Positions 43,054 through 57,140 of a DNA stretch of 64,000 nt are shown here, piece by piece. The notes beneath the pieces were generated by a model, which had not been told where the DNA came from, ran no database searches, and saw only the letters and a list, made by a program, of their open reading frames with translations. Origin of the DNA: Caecitellus pseudoparvulus (Eukaryota > Protista > Bigyra: Bicosoecida); NCBI GenBank assembly GCA_965644315.1, contig CBFFRQ010000018.1, positions 434,001 through 498,000 on the forward strand. The letters run 5' to 3'. The translations under genes and the position numbers were made by a program. Every line of letters begins with the position of its first letter. The stretch's first letter is position 1.

Positions 43054-46000
43054 TCACTTGTGGGGCGTCGCTGCCACGGGCTGCCTGGGCGCCTGCTGCG
43101 ACCGGGCCTGCATGGGTGGCAGCTCCACTCGATGAGCCGGTGCCACAGGCAACGCCACGAGGATGTCGAATTCCGCTGAAGCGCCTTCGTCTTGCACCAT
43201 GCTCGGGGCGGGCGTGGGGAGGGCGGCGGGGGCAGAGGCAGGGGGCGGAGCGGTGGCATGGGCTGCCTCGGCGCCTGTGGCACGCAGGGAAGCCAGCTGC
43301 CCCCACACATCACTGGAAGAGTCTGAGGCCGCGCGGGTTGGCGGCTGTGTGTATGAAGACCCCAGCAGGTCCACCCCACTGCCTGCCACGGAGGCGGGTT
43401 GCGCCTTCACGGGGGATGGCTGCATGATGGGATCACCCTCCTCGGTATCGGCGGGGGTGGCGGGCTGCTCCTCCGGCCCGGCGCCCCGCGCCGCAGCGTC
43501 GACGTACAGGAACAAGCTGGGGTTCCGCACGCCACGCTCAGTCATCCACGCCCGCGCAGCGCCTGCCCCCTCGTCGCGCACCAGCTGCACGACGCGCGCG
43601 CGCTGCAGCTTGCCCAGCACCTCCTCCAGCCCCAAGCCATTCTCCACCAGGACAGGGCCCAGCAGCGTCGTCAGCTCCGTGCGCAGGGCCACCAGCTCGT
43701 CGTAGCGCTCCACTGTGGCTCGAGGGGTGTCCACCGCAGCCATGGGCAAGTCAGGCACCACCGCCCTCCTCAGGCCGGGGAGCAGCTCACCCTCCAGGCG
43801 CTCAGCCATGTGGCAGCTGGCGTACACGGCAGGCTGCCCTCGCTTCATCTGGCCGGCCAGGCGCACGGCCACAAGCCACTGCCCAGCAGCGACAGCAGCA
43901 TCTATGGCCTCTGTCAGCAGCTGCCGGCTGTCGCCGCGGCCTGTCGCTCGCAGGGACCCCAGGCGGGCCCGCGCGCCAGCGGCGGTGTCGCCAGTCATGA
44001 ACGCAGACGGCTCTGCATGGGCCAGGAGGCCGTCTTGCTCGCCGTCCCCCATGGGCTCCTCCTGTTCCGCAGGGGGCGCCGACGGCGTCACAAACTCCGG
44101 CACGTCCTCGGCGAGGGAAGACAGGCTGCGCGTGCGGGGTGTGCCGACGCCCATGCCCTCCATGCCAGCGGTGTGTCCGCCTGCCAGCCGCCGCACGACG
44201 ACGCCTTGCTGCACCCAGTTCCGCAGCAGCATGGCCCACTCAGGCACAGCTCGGGCCAGGTCCCCCAGTCGACGACAGCCAGCCGGCGACGTCGCGAAAG
44301 AGCGCAGGATGGGCAGGGGGCATGCCGTGGCGATCTGCGTCATGGCACGTGCGATGTCTGGGTGCACAGTGGTCAGCTCGGTGGCCTCAATGGACACCCG
44401 CGCGCCGCGGAGTAAGCGGCCAATGGCAGCCGTCAGCACTGCCAGCGCACCGGCATGTCCCTTGCCGCCCTCGCCCACTCCTGCTGCCGCAGTGACGGCG
44501 ATACCGGCCAGGACGGGTGCCGCCGCCACCAGCAGGCGCAGTTCGTACATGTCCAGGTCAGCGACGGGCGCCACTGTGGCCGTGACGGTGTGGGTGGCTG
44601 CCGATGCCACTGCGCTGGCATCCACGCCGGACCGGATGGCAATACCGCCCGCACCAGTGGCAGTCATGGTCTCCGCCGACACCGTGCCGGCCTGGGCGCC
44701 GGAGCGGGAGATCTTTCCCGAGGAGGCCTGCAAGGCGGCAATGGTGTCCAGGGACGCGGCGAAGGGCATGAGGGATGCCAGCGTCGCGTCAGCCCACAGC
44801 CCTTCGTCCACGTCTGAGCGGTCAGGGCCGATGGCTTGCAGCACCCTGATCTGCACTGCCGGCGCCGCGATGGCAGCTGCCGCGGCGCCCTGCCCCGATG
44901 CCAATGCAGTCAGCGCTGCCAGGCGCACGATGGGGGATGCGTCAGTGAGGCAGGCAGCAGGCAGCAGGCGGGCCAGCGCACACCGCGTCTGCACGCCTGC
45001 CACTGCCAGCGCCTCGTGCAGCGCTCCTGGGGGCAGACAGGACCCCGAGGGCAGCTTGTCCACGACCACTGCCAGGGCCTCGTCTGTTGCATAGCCAGAC
45101 CCTGCTGCAAGGGTCGCGCCCGAGTCCACAGCAGAGTCCCCCGTCAGCGCAGGACCTGTGCGGTTGCCTCGATAGGAGGAGGCGGCCACGATGGGCACTG
45201 CCGCGCGGTGCACGGTGTGGTCGACGTCCCCGACCTCTTGGGACGTGGGCAGCAAACTCATGATCTTCAGCGCGGCCAGGAACACTTGGGGTGCGTGGGT
45301 TGGCTTCACAACAAGGGCCAGCTCAGAGAGCAGGTCCAGAGTGCTCTGCAGGGCAGCGGGGTCCATGGCTGCAGCGTCCAGTCCGACTGCGATGGTGCCG
45401 CCTTTGGAGGGCGGAGGGGGCGCGTCGGCGATGGGCAGGCCGGCAGCTGCCAGGCGGTGGCTGACTGTTGCATCCACCGCAGCTCGGATGGACTGCAAGA
45501 GGGAGGACACCGCACCTGGGTGTGCCAGGAGGAAGGTGGGGTAATTGTAGCACAGCTCTCGCCACGCGAAGTGGCTGGCTGGGGAGTGCGACGTGCCGAG
45601 CGCGGACAGGATGGCGCCCACCGCCTGCTCGGGCATGCCACCCTCCACCATCTCCTCTGTGCCCCACGCAGATGACTCGATGCCCATGGCGACGAACAGC
45701 ACCTCCACCATGGCTCGCGCGACCTTGTGTGACCGCCCTGCCACTTGCACGCTCACAGCCGCGCGTGCCCACTGCTCCAGGGCCGCCAGGACCTGCGATG
45801 AGTCGCTGCCGCCGGTGGCTGCCAGACCGTGCCAGCGCAGCATACGGGAGGCGATCTCCGGAAACCGCTCCGTCTCCGTGTACCCGTGCTTCATTGCCAG
45901 CAACAGGGTGTGCCAGAGGGAGGAGGCCAGCTGCAGGCTAGGTCGCCGCGAAGAGTCGTCGTTGGTGTACCACACCCGCATTGCCTCCCGCAACAGCAGC

Positions 46001-47695
46001 ACCGTGTCTTGTTCGAACTGCGAGCCTGACACTGCGTCGCCCATGCCTCGCAGGCGTGTGCGGATGAACGGCAGCACGACAGACTCCCACGCGACGGGGG
46101 CCAGGATCTCGCTGACGGCGTTCAGCGTCGCAAGCGTCGCCTCCGTCGGGTGTGCCAGCATCAGCCGCAGGACGCCAAGGGCCCCTGGTCTCTGCTCCAG
46201 CATGGCGCGGGCCACATCCAGCCACTCCTGGGGGCGCTCCCACTCGCCGTCCTCCAGAAGAGAGGCCAGCTCCCCTGCCGGCACCGCATGGATGCGCACC
46301 CCGCCCCGGCCGTCTGAGCCCCCCTTGTCCCACACGCACGGCACGGCAGCGGCGTCTGCGCCAGGCGACGCGCCACTGCCATTGGCAGGGCCGGGCGCGC
46401 CTTGAAAGCCACCCTGTGCCCCCTGCACAGCAGGCCGGGCATACACTTGAGCAGCTTGCATCATGGCCCTGGCACGCGCTGGGATGCGCGAATCCGAGGC
46501 TTCAGGTGGCGCAAACAAGACAACAGGGGCCTGGCCGTGGTCTGCCGTGTCGCAGGCTGCCAGCACCGTCACGAGGCCCAACTCAGCCCTTGGCGCGTCC
46601 ACACTCCACTCAGGCGTCGTCCCTTGTGATGCAGTCAGGCCAGAGGCCTGGCAGAACGATCGAGCATCGGCTGTCGCTTGGTACAGGGAAGCCAGCACGT
46701 CGCACACGAACTGGCTGTAGGGAGGGGGCTGTGGACCCCCCTTGTCGCCCGCCACGCCGGCCGCATGGGAGGTGGTGGCGGAGCTGGAACGAGCTGCCGC
46801 CCGGGCGGAGTCCACTCGAGACACGACGGCTGCAATAATGCGTGAGTGCAGGAGGGCGCCGAGATTCCACGCAGTCACCATGGGCTCGGGCTCACGCGCG
46901 GCGCGGAGGAGGCAGGCGGCGATGACGGGCGCATTGCCAAAGCCATCTGGGCCGGCTGCGTTCTTCAATGCCGCCAAGCACGCGTCCCGAAGCAGCATGT
47001 CCGACGAGGGGCTGCATGCAGTGTTGGCCAGGGAAGTGGCGTCCAGGGGGAAGGGGAGCATGGACGTTGCCGTGCCTTGTGCCGCGCCGCTGCTGCCGAT
47101 GATCACCCCCACCGTGACTGCCTGCGCCAGCAGCGCCAAGGCGTACCGTCTGCGCTCTGGTGCAGCCGTGGCAGACGTGCCGAGGCCTTGCGCAAGTGGT
47201 ACGATGGTATTGGTGAGGGCGTCCGTGAGGACAGCTCTCGCGGCAGACGTGCCATCTCCCGTCAGCAGTGCCTTGAACTTTGGCTTCGTGCTGTGAATGT
47301 ACAGCATCTGCTTCGCGTGCTCAAGCAGGCTCTCGATGGTGTAGTCGTCGGAGGCAGAGCCGGTGAAGTAGCCTTTGGGGGCGCCTGGAAACGCCAGCAG
47401 CACCGTGTTGACGAACTCAGAGCTGGCTGAGGCCATGGCTACAGGGCCCCCCGCCAGCTCCCCTTTCGCAAAACTCCGCGCTTGACCGTACCAGATGTCC
47501 CAAGCCGCATCGGCTGCGTCTCTGTGCAGGACAAGCGAGCGGGGGTGGGTGTATCGTGAAAGGAGTCCAGGCACGTGCGAGGCAAGTTCGAGGAAACACG
47601 AGGGCTCGCTGCACCCACCTCATGCGTTGGCCATGACAGGAGCCAAGCTCCACACGGGCGGACGCAAAGAGTGATGTTGCTTCGTCTGCTGCCAT
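43054..47695 (-). CDS. Large helical (ARM/HEAT-like) protein of unknown function, about 1510 aa
   Basis: 1506-codon ORF plus 5' exon MAADEATSL...QRMR joined by phase-2 intron 47618-47522; HEAT-like segment DASPIVRLAALTAL. Confidence 0.7.
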
Positions 47696-48324
47696 GGATG
47701 TCGCTCACGAAGCCAGGTGCGAACGCTGCATCGACTCAGCAGAGCCTGCTGCAGTCACCAGATTCCGCACCACGCCGAGAAGTGCCGCAGGCAGGCCTGA
47801 AGCCTTCGGCTGCGACAAGCCAGCCGGCTAAGGTAATCAGTACTAACTTGAGTTGCTGGGAGGCAATGAGCGCGACGGGTGTTCCAAGTATTGACTCAGG
47901 CGGCCATTTGGAGATGGTGCCGTGCAGGCTCAGCAGCCATGCCTGCTGGAGACGACATTGGCCCTTTGCCCGAGCCAAACAAACTTCAGCCGGCCCGCAT
48001 GCATGAGGCCCTGTGGATTCTGGGTGTGCGGAGGTGACTTCTTCCGGGCTGCTGCCGCCCTGCCCTTCCTGCAGCCTGGTGAGGGACACTGACGTGCCAG
48101 ACCTGCGTCGTCTGCGAGGGCGAAGTGGACTCCTCAACTTGCGGCGACTTTGCAGACCCCGTGAAACAGTGGAGGCAGCAAAGCATCCTTCTACCACGTG
48201 TACCTTATTTCTGCAGAAGCTGGTGCTCTGCACCAGGTTTACGCCGGGGCTGGCGCTTAGCATTGGAGACCTGCACCGAAGCCGCTAAGCCGCACGCGAC
48301 GTTGCCACGCCCTCCCTCGTACAC

Positions 48325-51300
48325 ATGAAGCAGAGGCTGCTGTGGGACTTGGTTCTGCAACTGGGGCGATTGCAGGGTCTCTCTCTGACTGGAAAACTCT
48401 TCGCTGCCGTGGCCCATGTCGTGCAGATCGTATCCTTGCCTTTCTTCTTCGTGGCGGTTGCCAGTCCTCGGAGCACGCTGGCCACGCAAGCGTACCGGAT
48501 TCTGGGGTACACACTGTTCGCCAGGGCCGACGTAGACATGGGCCCCGTCGTTTGGCACTGGGCCTTTCTCTTCTTCTGTGTCTGGGCAGGCCTCCTGGCC
48601 GCTGGGTGCGCCTGGCTGCTCGTGCAGCCAAAGTCCAGCCTCAGGTGAGTGGCGATTCGACTCGCACGCGAAACGTGACGCATGAGCCTCGACAGTCCTC
48701 ACTTTGACCATGCACCGCAGGTGGACACAAGCTGTACAAGGGTCCAATGTGAAGGACCCCAGTGCTTCACAGTGGTCATTCATCCCCTCCCTCTCACACA
48801 AGTGGGAACACAGCACTCTGGCCCACACCTTGGCCGTGGCTCTTGAAGTGCACCACTGGGTCCTCATGTGGCCTTCCACGATGGTCTTGGCCCGCACTCT
48901 GGTATGCTCTGACAATGTTCATAGTCAAGCTCGTGCAGCTGGGCTTGTCGCGCGGTGGGGTACGTCAAGTGCAGGCATCTTCGGCGAGGGCTTGTCCAGC
49001 TCGCAGTTGCCGCTCAGCACCCCTCTCGCCTTCGAGGCCAGCATGATTCCAGCGGCGTTCGGAGGGCCAGGGCAATGTTTTGCGGGCTGGCACGCTGCAC
49101 ACGTGTTCCTCGCCATCCTGAGCCTGGGCATTCTCATCCCTTGCAGCTTGATGGGGCGCCTGCCGACCATCACGTCTGGGAGCAGCAGCTTGCACACGGG
49201 CTCTCGATTGCAAGGTTTCAGCCAGTTTTCCACACTGAGGTGGGTTGTCGTGCTGGACTTGACACTTCAAGTCGGAGCCGCTGCGGCGGCAGCCACACTG
49301 ATGGAGGTCCTGCCCCGTAGCCTGTCCGTCACAGGCTTGCCCTTCCTTGGCCTCGTGTACTTCGCTTTCCTTGCATCCCACCATATCAGCCGCAACGTCA
49401 TATACAGTTGCCTCGCGCTCTTTACCTCATTTTCGTTTGTCATCTTTGGAGTCCCAGTGCTGCTGGGACTATGGCAACCAGACCTGGACGTCTCTGCGCT
49501 GTCGGTCGCTTGCTTGCTGCTCTCTGCAGGAGTGGGTAGTTCCCTGGGAGTGGCCACCAGACACCGACTGCTTGCGATACCCCTAGACAGTGTGCGCTTT
49601 GCCTCACGGCTGAAGACATGGGCGGATGAAAAGTTGACCGCTGACGTGCAAAGGGCGATCATCGCCCTGTACGGACCAGACGCGTCCGCGGAGCAGTTGG
49701 CGCCCTCTCTCAGTCTAACCAGGATAGTGGGCCCTTTAGGCTGGTCATCTGCCATTCTAGCAACCCTTCAGTCGGCCACACAAGTGAGAACCCTTCACCA
49801 GCAGCTGCGACTTTCCCAAGCACACCGAGCAATGTCAAGGTTGACGAGGCTGTACCCAGACAGCCCAGCAGCGGCTCTCTTCGCTTCACAGTTCTACCAA
49901 TCACCCTTCAGCGGCACTGGGCCATGGGGAGAGATGAAGTTCCTGGTCCGTGCCTGGCAGCGCTCTGCCTCCTTGGACTTCAGACTAGAGGTCCTGCTGC
50001 GCTTGCAGGTGCGGCAACAGTGGCAGGCGACGGTCATTGCCGCTGCCGTGTCCTCCTCGTACAGCGCCACCAGAGCCCTGCACCACCGCTTGGTAGCAAC
50101 CACTGCAAGTGCTTCGCTGACTGTTGGCTCTTGCTTGTGCCTTGATCACCCCGAGCGCATCCGCTTCGTCCCTGCGGAGCAGTGGTCCAGGGTTGTCACG
50201 CAACTTCGCTTGCTGCTGAGGGTGGCAGCCAGGCAGCATCGCATGCTGCGGGCGCTCACTCGCGGCGGCGGCAAGGGCAAGCACGGCAAAGCTCTTTCTG
50301 ACCCCTGGATGTCCCAACTGATAGCCCTGCAGCTTGTGGCCATGAATCAAGATTCTGACCCGTCGCTCGAAGGAGAAGCCCACCACTCTGCAGGCCACGA
50401 TGGCAACCATGAGGGAATCCTGGCAGATCGCACCAAAGAACCAGCAGAAAGCGAGGCTTCAGGCGCAGATCAAGTCTTGCAGAGTTGGGTGCGCTACGTT
50501 GGCCTCTTGGAGCAGACGTTGCACGCCCCACAGGATGTGCAAGAGTCCAGCACGCCGCATCGAGCAGCGTACTTCCTAACCCTCGCAAAGTCCCCTAGCC
50601 TGAGCTGGCTTGTGGTGCAAGCCGATGAACGCCTTATTCGAATGGTTGGGACCTCCTCGGCTGCCATGCAGGGCTGGGGACATACACAGCTCTTTCCATC
50701 TTGTGCCGCCCAAGCCCAGCTGCAGAAAGTGCAGGGTGACCTTGAACAAGTGTGGAGTGCGGCGACGCCCACCTTGCAAAGGGTGCATTTCCCCAATCAA
50801 CCCTCCTTTGTGTGGCTCTCAGTTGTGAGCATGCTGCAAGCTTGGGACTTTGGACCCACAGCAGACGGGACAGGGGTTGAGCCTGGCCTGCGTATCGTTG
50901 TGCTGCTGGTCCCATTCCGGAGAATGCGCAGCCAGGGGCACCTGCAAAGTACAGCTGGTCCTGTTCAAGGGATCGAGTCTCGTGCCGCTTCTGAAGAGCG
51001 ACATGGAGTTCCCCCCAGCGCTCATCCGCAGAATTTCAAGCGCGCTTCCTCTCCTGCACAAATGCCTGGCAGCCTGGAGAAAACCCGCGCAGTGCAGGCA
51101 GATCGAGGGACGACTTTGAAATCCGGACCCCTGGCAAGTGCCCTGCAGCTGCTCAATCAAGCACAGCAGAGCCACTGGGTATCCAAGGCAGTGGGCCGAG
51201 GTCAGGTATTCTGTTTCGTCATCCAGGTTGTCATGATTATGGGAGTCCTGGGGCCCTTCATGATTTCAGGCATGTCCAGCAACTCTGGTGCCAAGATGAT

Positions 51301-53084
51301 ACTGCCACATGCATTGTGGGATTCTGTGGCAGCTGCCAACTTCACCCATGGCTGGGGCCAGGTGGTGGCGTCGTCCGCTTTATCCAATGTCAGTGACAGT
51401 AACCCCGCTTGGTGGGCCCAGCGAGCTGCTGCAGCCCCCCTGGGTTGGCACTTGGATTGGTGGGGAGGCTCCTTGGCGAGCTTGGACACGTTGACGATTC
51501 GCTACGGGCTCCTGTCAGCAGGTGCAGAGCAGGCCAAGACCATCCAAGCTGAGATCTTGGCCGGGTCTGCCGCAATCACCACCCCGCGGTATACAGCGCT
51601 CGACATGCTTCGAGCAGCAAGGCAAGCGAGTGAATCTGGCGATGCTACGAGGTTTGCGGCACCCTGGCAAGCAGCTGACTTGCAGAGTTTGCACGAGTTA
51701 AATTTCACGGCCAGAGACGTTCAAGCAGTATTGGAACAGGGGATAACGAACACAGGGATCATCGTGCAAATCGCGATTGTCATCATCCTCTCGATCATCG
51801 GGGTCACCGTTGCCTCGACGCTGCGCGTCGGGTACAGTGTGTATTTTGGCCGCAAGCTTCTGAAGGTCCGCCTTCTGAAGCAAGTGCTCGATTCGAAGGA
51901 ACTTCACAACCAGTTGCATCCTGGGAGCAACTTATCACTACAAGCTGAGAAGGCGGCCATGCCCACCTTCATTGAATGGCTTTGTCGAGGCACTGGCTGT
52001 TGCGTCATTGCGGCAGCCGTGGCTCTCGTCATTGCAAGCCTAGGATTGCTCGTTGTCGGCATCACTTTGAACAATGCCAACACTGTCTCACAAGAAGTAT
52101 GTTCTGCTTCATGCATGTACCAGCCTGTTCGCCACTCACGCCTGCCTGTTTCTTCGCTATTTACAGGAATTCCAGTGGACTGCGCGGGCCATGTACGGAG
52201 TCTCGCTGCATTCGCAAGCAGCAGTGAACGCGCTCCATGCGGTGCTGTCTCGCCCTGCAGGAGCAGCAGCACACGTGCCTCCAGTGGGTCCTTCTCCACT
52301 TCTCGGCGTGCGGCAGCACCTCGATGGGCTGGCGTACTGGACGTCGGCACTTTCTGTGACACTCCCTGCGAGGGCGCCTGCCCGCACCGAACGCACCTCT
52401 GCACTGCGGGACTTTCTCTACCGCATTTTGTACGGAGATGTCTGCTCCACGCCAAACATCCTACGACAGCCAGCTGTTGCCGCTCTCGCAGCTGGCAGCG
52501 AGTACTCGCCAGCTGCGCTGCAGGACGCACAAGACAGCTCGTTGATGGACGCCCACTATAATTTGTGCATGACTACATCAAACGCAGTGCTAGAAAAGGG
52601 CCTGATTGTCGCCTTGCACGCGCATGAGCGCCGCTTGCAGTCCCTGCGCCGACGAGCAGAAGCTTGCCAGGGCCTGCCCCACCTCTGCCCAAACACTACA
52701 GCGGCTGAAGCAAGCTCATTTGTCCTTTGCAGAACTGTGTGGGAGTCTCCAGCAGGCTGTCCACCGTTGCCTTCTTCCGGAGTGTCCTCAGAGCTGGCCA
52801 AGGCCCTGACCCTCCAGCTCGTGCACATGCAAGCGCTGACTCGGATGGTGACGGCAGCGGGGTCGCTGGGGTCTGAAGTCATGTATGCCTTTGACTTCAT
52901 TCTCTTTGCCATGTCAGGCATGTTTGCTATTGTGCTTTTGACCCAGCTGGCGTTTGTTGCATGGTTTCATCAGCTCGCAGACGCTGCTGGTTCGGGTCTT
53001 CGAGGCATCTTGATCGCTACATTGCTACATAGCTGGATGCTGCGAAAAAAGAGACTACATGATTCGGGCATGGAAGACCCATAG
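48325..53084 (+). CDS. TmcB/TmcC-like multi-pass membrane protein with degenerate PAS-like region (paralogue 2)
   Basis: QCFAGWHAAH motif, YPDSPAAALFASQF, PAS-like ADERLIRMVGTSSAAMQG..LFP; introns 48645-48720 and about 52098-52167; colinear with 20064-25219. Confidence 0.6.
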
Positions 53085-53317
53085 GTTCTCACGTTGGTGC
53101 ACGGCTGCCGGGGCACACCTGCAGCCGCTTCAATTCACCTTGTTTGGCTTGCAGAGCTGATCGCTGTCATTCTCGCTAAAGCAAGAGAAACAAATGTCCT
53201 CGGTTCCGATACTCCCTGGGGGATTCGATGAGAAAAGTAGCTCGTATGTCACGACAGTTAGCACGCCGACTGCGCCTGGTGCATCGTCCTGCGTCAGCGA
53301 GCCAGCCGCAGTCTAAC

Positions 53318-56300
53318 ATGGAGCGGCAGGCTTCGGCGGCCGTCCCAGCAGAAGTGACCCAAAAGCATTGTGGGCGCACAGTGCATGTTGGACGTCTCGC
53401 CATGGCATCTTTCTTCTTGGCTGTGGCTGGTTTCCTCGCGGGCTTCTTCCTCATCCGCGCAGAGCTGCCAACGATTGCTGCGAATGTCGCGTGTAGTGAA
53501 AACGCAGGTGAAACTCTCGAGCCTTGCACACTCCCCCCGCGCTTCCAGCGGCTGGTGTTCATCGTCGTGGATGCCCTCAGATATGATTTCATAAAGCCTT
53601 GGTGCCCGTCGTCTGCTTCTCCACGGAAAGGGTCGTCAAGCACAAGTTTTTCCGGACAAGTGCGTCAACGCTGGCGCTATCCTGTCCAACCAGCAGGAAG
53701 ACCACAAGACTCGCTGTGCCCTGTCACAGATGCCACGGACTGGTCAGCTGCTCTTGCGCAACCCAAGCAAGGCCAGGCTGTATCAGTTCGTCGCAGACGC
53801 GCCGACGGTGACCATGCAGCGCTTGAAGGGCTTGACCACAGGCGGGCTACCAACCTTCCTGGATGCAGGTATGTGCACCGCCTGAGTCCAGCAAATCGCA
53901 AGGCAAGTAACCGCCACACGTCTGTGATTTCCAGGTGATAACTTTGCTTCAGAAGCTATTTCTCAAGACAGCCTCATTCTTCAAGCCAAACTGGCCAAGA
54001 AAAGGTGGGTGTGCTCCTTTCGCTTTCACAAGGCCAGCGCACGTACAAAGTGAGCGCTTGCCACAGGCTCGTGTTCATGGGAGACGACACCTGGCTGCAC
54101 CTTTTTCCTCCACATGGTGTGAATGGCTCTCAGCCTCGAAGTCTGCATGGACCTCGCGGATTCTGGGCAGAAAGCCACGGCTTTCCGTCCTTCAATGTGA
54201 AGGACTTGCACTCAGTGGACGACGGAGTGCTCCGCTTGCTCGTGCCTACGTTGGTGAATGGCACGAGGAGTCGAGTGAAGGCAAGGAGGGAGCTATTGGA
54301 CAGCTTGGCCGCCCAAGGTTGCCCACTGGTCGAAGATCTCATGCACGACCCTCCTCACTGCAAGACGACCCGTGCCGCCCTTGCCCACCTGGAAAAACCT
54401 GACTGGGATGTTCTCGTTGCCCATTTTCTGGGGGTTGACCACGTGGGGCACCGATTCGGACCGGAGCACCCTGCCATGGCAGCAAAGCTCCAGCAAATGG
54501 ACCGCATGATAGCTGATGTGGTTGCATCACTGCCGCTGGACACGCTCCTTGTAGTGCTGGGCGACCACGGCATGACGCCTCATGGAAACCACGGAGGTGC
54601 CACCCCAGAGGAAGTCACTGCAGGGTTGCTCCTGTATGCAGGTGACGGCTTGTCGCCTGAGCCAGCAGCTGGCCAGGAGCACGGTGCAGGCACATGCGAG
54701 TGCGACCAAGAGTTTGCAGACAGGAGTGGGGGATTCTCGGGCACGCTGCGTCATGTGCTGGCTGGCAGTATTGGGAGAGCGTGCTCACGGGTGCGTCAGG
54801 TCGACCTGGTGCCGACTCTAGCCCTCCTCCTGGGCCTGCCCATTCCGTTTGGCAACCTTGGACGGGCTTTCCCGGACCTGCAGTATGGGCCCGCTGGCTT
54901 CCAGGTCTCGGTAGCTGCTGCTCTACGTCAGAACGCTAAGCAGGTGCTCACATTTATGAACAGCCACTCTGCCTTGACAGGAGACTTCAGCCCAGCCACA
55001 TTGGAAGGCTTGGCAGAGCTGTTCAGAGAAGCTCGACGTGCAGAGCAAGCGGGTGAGACACTACAAGCCATTGAAGCATTCGGTTTGATGCTCAACGCAG
55101 CCTTTGAGGAGTGCCTGGCCATTTGGGCCACCTTCGATCTCCCAAGCATGCTTGTTAGCCTGTTGGCTTGCTGCTTGGCATACTTCACGATGGTGTGGGC
55201 TTCAACACGGACAAAAGGATGGCAGGTGCGTTGGACGAAGGTGTTCCTTTCGTTGGCGGCAGTCCTCTGCGTGGCTTGCGTGGCAGACCCGGCTCTCGCC
55301 CTGAATGCCCTAGGCCAGCGTTGCCCGCCCTGTGCCGGGATAAAGCAGCTACAGTCAGTGCTCGGCCAGCTTCTGCCTCGTAAAACCGCTGACTTTGCCC
55401 CAATTTCAGTTGTACTGTGGTCAGTTGATTGGATGGTTGGCTGGATTGCAGCAGTCCTGCCATCCGGCTGGGCTCAGTGGGCCGGAGAAGTGGCAGAGTC
55501 CCTAGTCATTTTGGAGGACACGTCACTTCCGAGAACTGAGGTGCCTTTTCCAAGCGGGGATGTGGGCGTGTCCCTTGCAGGCTCGCACGACACGCAGAGC
55601 GTGCCTTGGTGCCCATCCAGCATCTCAACACTGGCACTCTGCGCTGCAATCGCGGTGCCCCTGAGTACGGTTCAATTTGGGAGAGAGACCGATCAATCAA
55701 GGCTCCAGCCCTCACATGGAAGAGGCCCCCACTTGTTGGCTTCTCCGGCACTTCAAGCGACTATTGTACTCATCTCTGCCGCTCGTTTTGGTGGCTTGTT
55801 CAGCAACAGCTTCATCGAGAATGAGCGATACGGCCTGCTGTTCCTGCTGACTTCTACGCTCCTTGTGTGGGCTTTGGCAAGCTGCTGTCTGGGGCAGCAC
55901 GGCAGTGCCTGGCGTTTGGTGCTCGCCGCAGCTGTGCTCCGTTTGGGCGCGATCCAAGGCGAGCGGCTGCACAGACACGCAGCTGTTCCGCAGGAAACGC
56001 CCCTGTGGGATCAAGCTGCAAGTACGAGTTTTCAGGTCGTTGACTCCGCGCTCTCGTGCTTCCTGCCGGGCTTGGCCATGTCTGGAGCAGGAGTTGCCGT
56101 GCCGCTCCTCACTGCAGTGGCTGGCAAGCAGGGGGTCAGCACGCGGCACCCCTCGGCTTCAATCGGCCGCGGCGCAGTGGGAGCCATGCTGGTTGCAGGT
56201 GGGGTCCTAGGCCTGGCTGGGTTTGTCTTCACTTTGGAGTTCTGGCGGGCAACCATCGACGTGTGGCCTGCCTGGACCCCGTCACTGGGCCTGTCGGCTG

Positions 56301-57019
56301 GCGATTCGGCACGGTGCACGCTCTTGGCTTCAGCCGCGGCAGCTTGCCTGTTGATGCTGAGTCCGATCCCACTGTACCTGCCTTGCTGTGCAGCAAGGCA
56401 AGGGGGTCGTCTTGGCGCAGCTCAAAACCGCGCCCCCATGCAAGCCAGTGTGCTGTGGTCTCGCAACATGGCAGGTGCTGCCACCGCACTCAGCACAGTC
56501 ACTCCGCCTCTGGCACTCCTTCTGGGGCCTTCGTGCACTGTTCAGCTTGCAGGCGCAGCTTTAAGTGCCCACTTAGTTTCTAGTGCGTGGCTTCACGGCG
56601 CCACGTCAGGGCGTAGAGCTTGGGAGCAGGATGCTGCCTTTGGACTGTGTCTGGCCATGCTTGGCCCCTTCTGGTTCCACATGACAGGGCATGACACACG
56701 TCTCTCTGCGCTGCACTACGCCAGTGCATTCACTGTCAGCGAGAATTTCCACTCCATCCTTTCCCCTCTGCTAGTCGCCATCAACACTGGCGCAGCCCAC
56801 ATTGTCATTGCTCTGGCTGCCTTCCCTGCGCAGGGCAGCCGGGCGTGGGCTTACGCAGCTTGCGCGACAGCGCTGCCAGTGCTTGGCATGAGCACTTTCT
56901 CGTTCTTAGCACGGCGCCATCTGATGGTGTGGGCAATCTTTGCCCCCAAACTTCTCTTCGAAGTGTTCTTCTTGGCGGCACACACGTCACTCCAGGCACT
57001 GGAATCACTGTGCATGTAG
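53318..57019 (+). CDS. PIGO: GPI ethanolamine phosphate transferase 3 (PIG-O/Gpi13)
   Basis: [63 protein letters not shown] and [13 protein letters not shown]; three GT-AG introns. Start could be 53228. Confidence 0.93.
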
Positions 57020-57059
57020 CTTTTAGAAATATATCCTGTTTGGCTTCCCTCTTCTCAGC

Positions 57060-57133
57060 GCAGTTGTAGCTCAGTTGGTTAGAGCGTCCGCTTAACACGC
57101 GGGCAGTCATGGGTTCAAGTCCCATCAATTGTA
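57060..57133 (+). tRNA. tRNA-Val(AAC), copy 1
   Basis: Cloverleaf: acceptor GCAGTTG/CAATTGT, D stem GCTC/GAGC, anticodon stem TCCGC/GCGGG with loop TTAACAC, T arm ATGGG-TTCAAGT-CCCAT, discriminator A. Confidence 0.93.
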
Positions 57134-57134
57134 C

Positions 57135-57140
57135 TTTTTT
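57135..57140 (+). terminator. Pol III oligo-T terminator
   Basis: T6 run one base after tRNA copy 1. Confidence 0.85.

Noticed and set aside
47736-48263. 175-aa ORF in the spacer between two divergent genes
   Set aside because: No recognisable motif; more likely promoter or UTR sequence.
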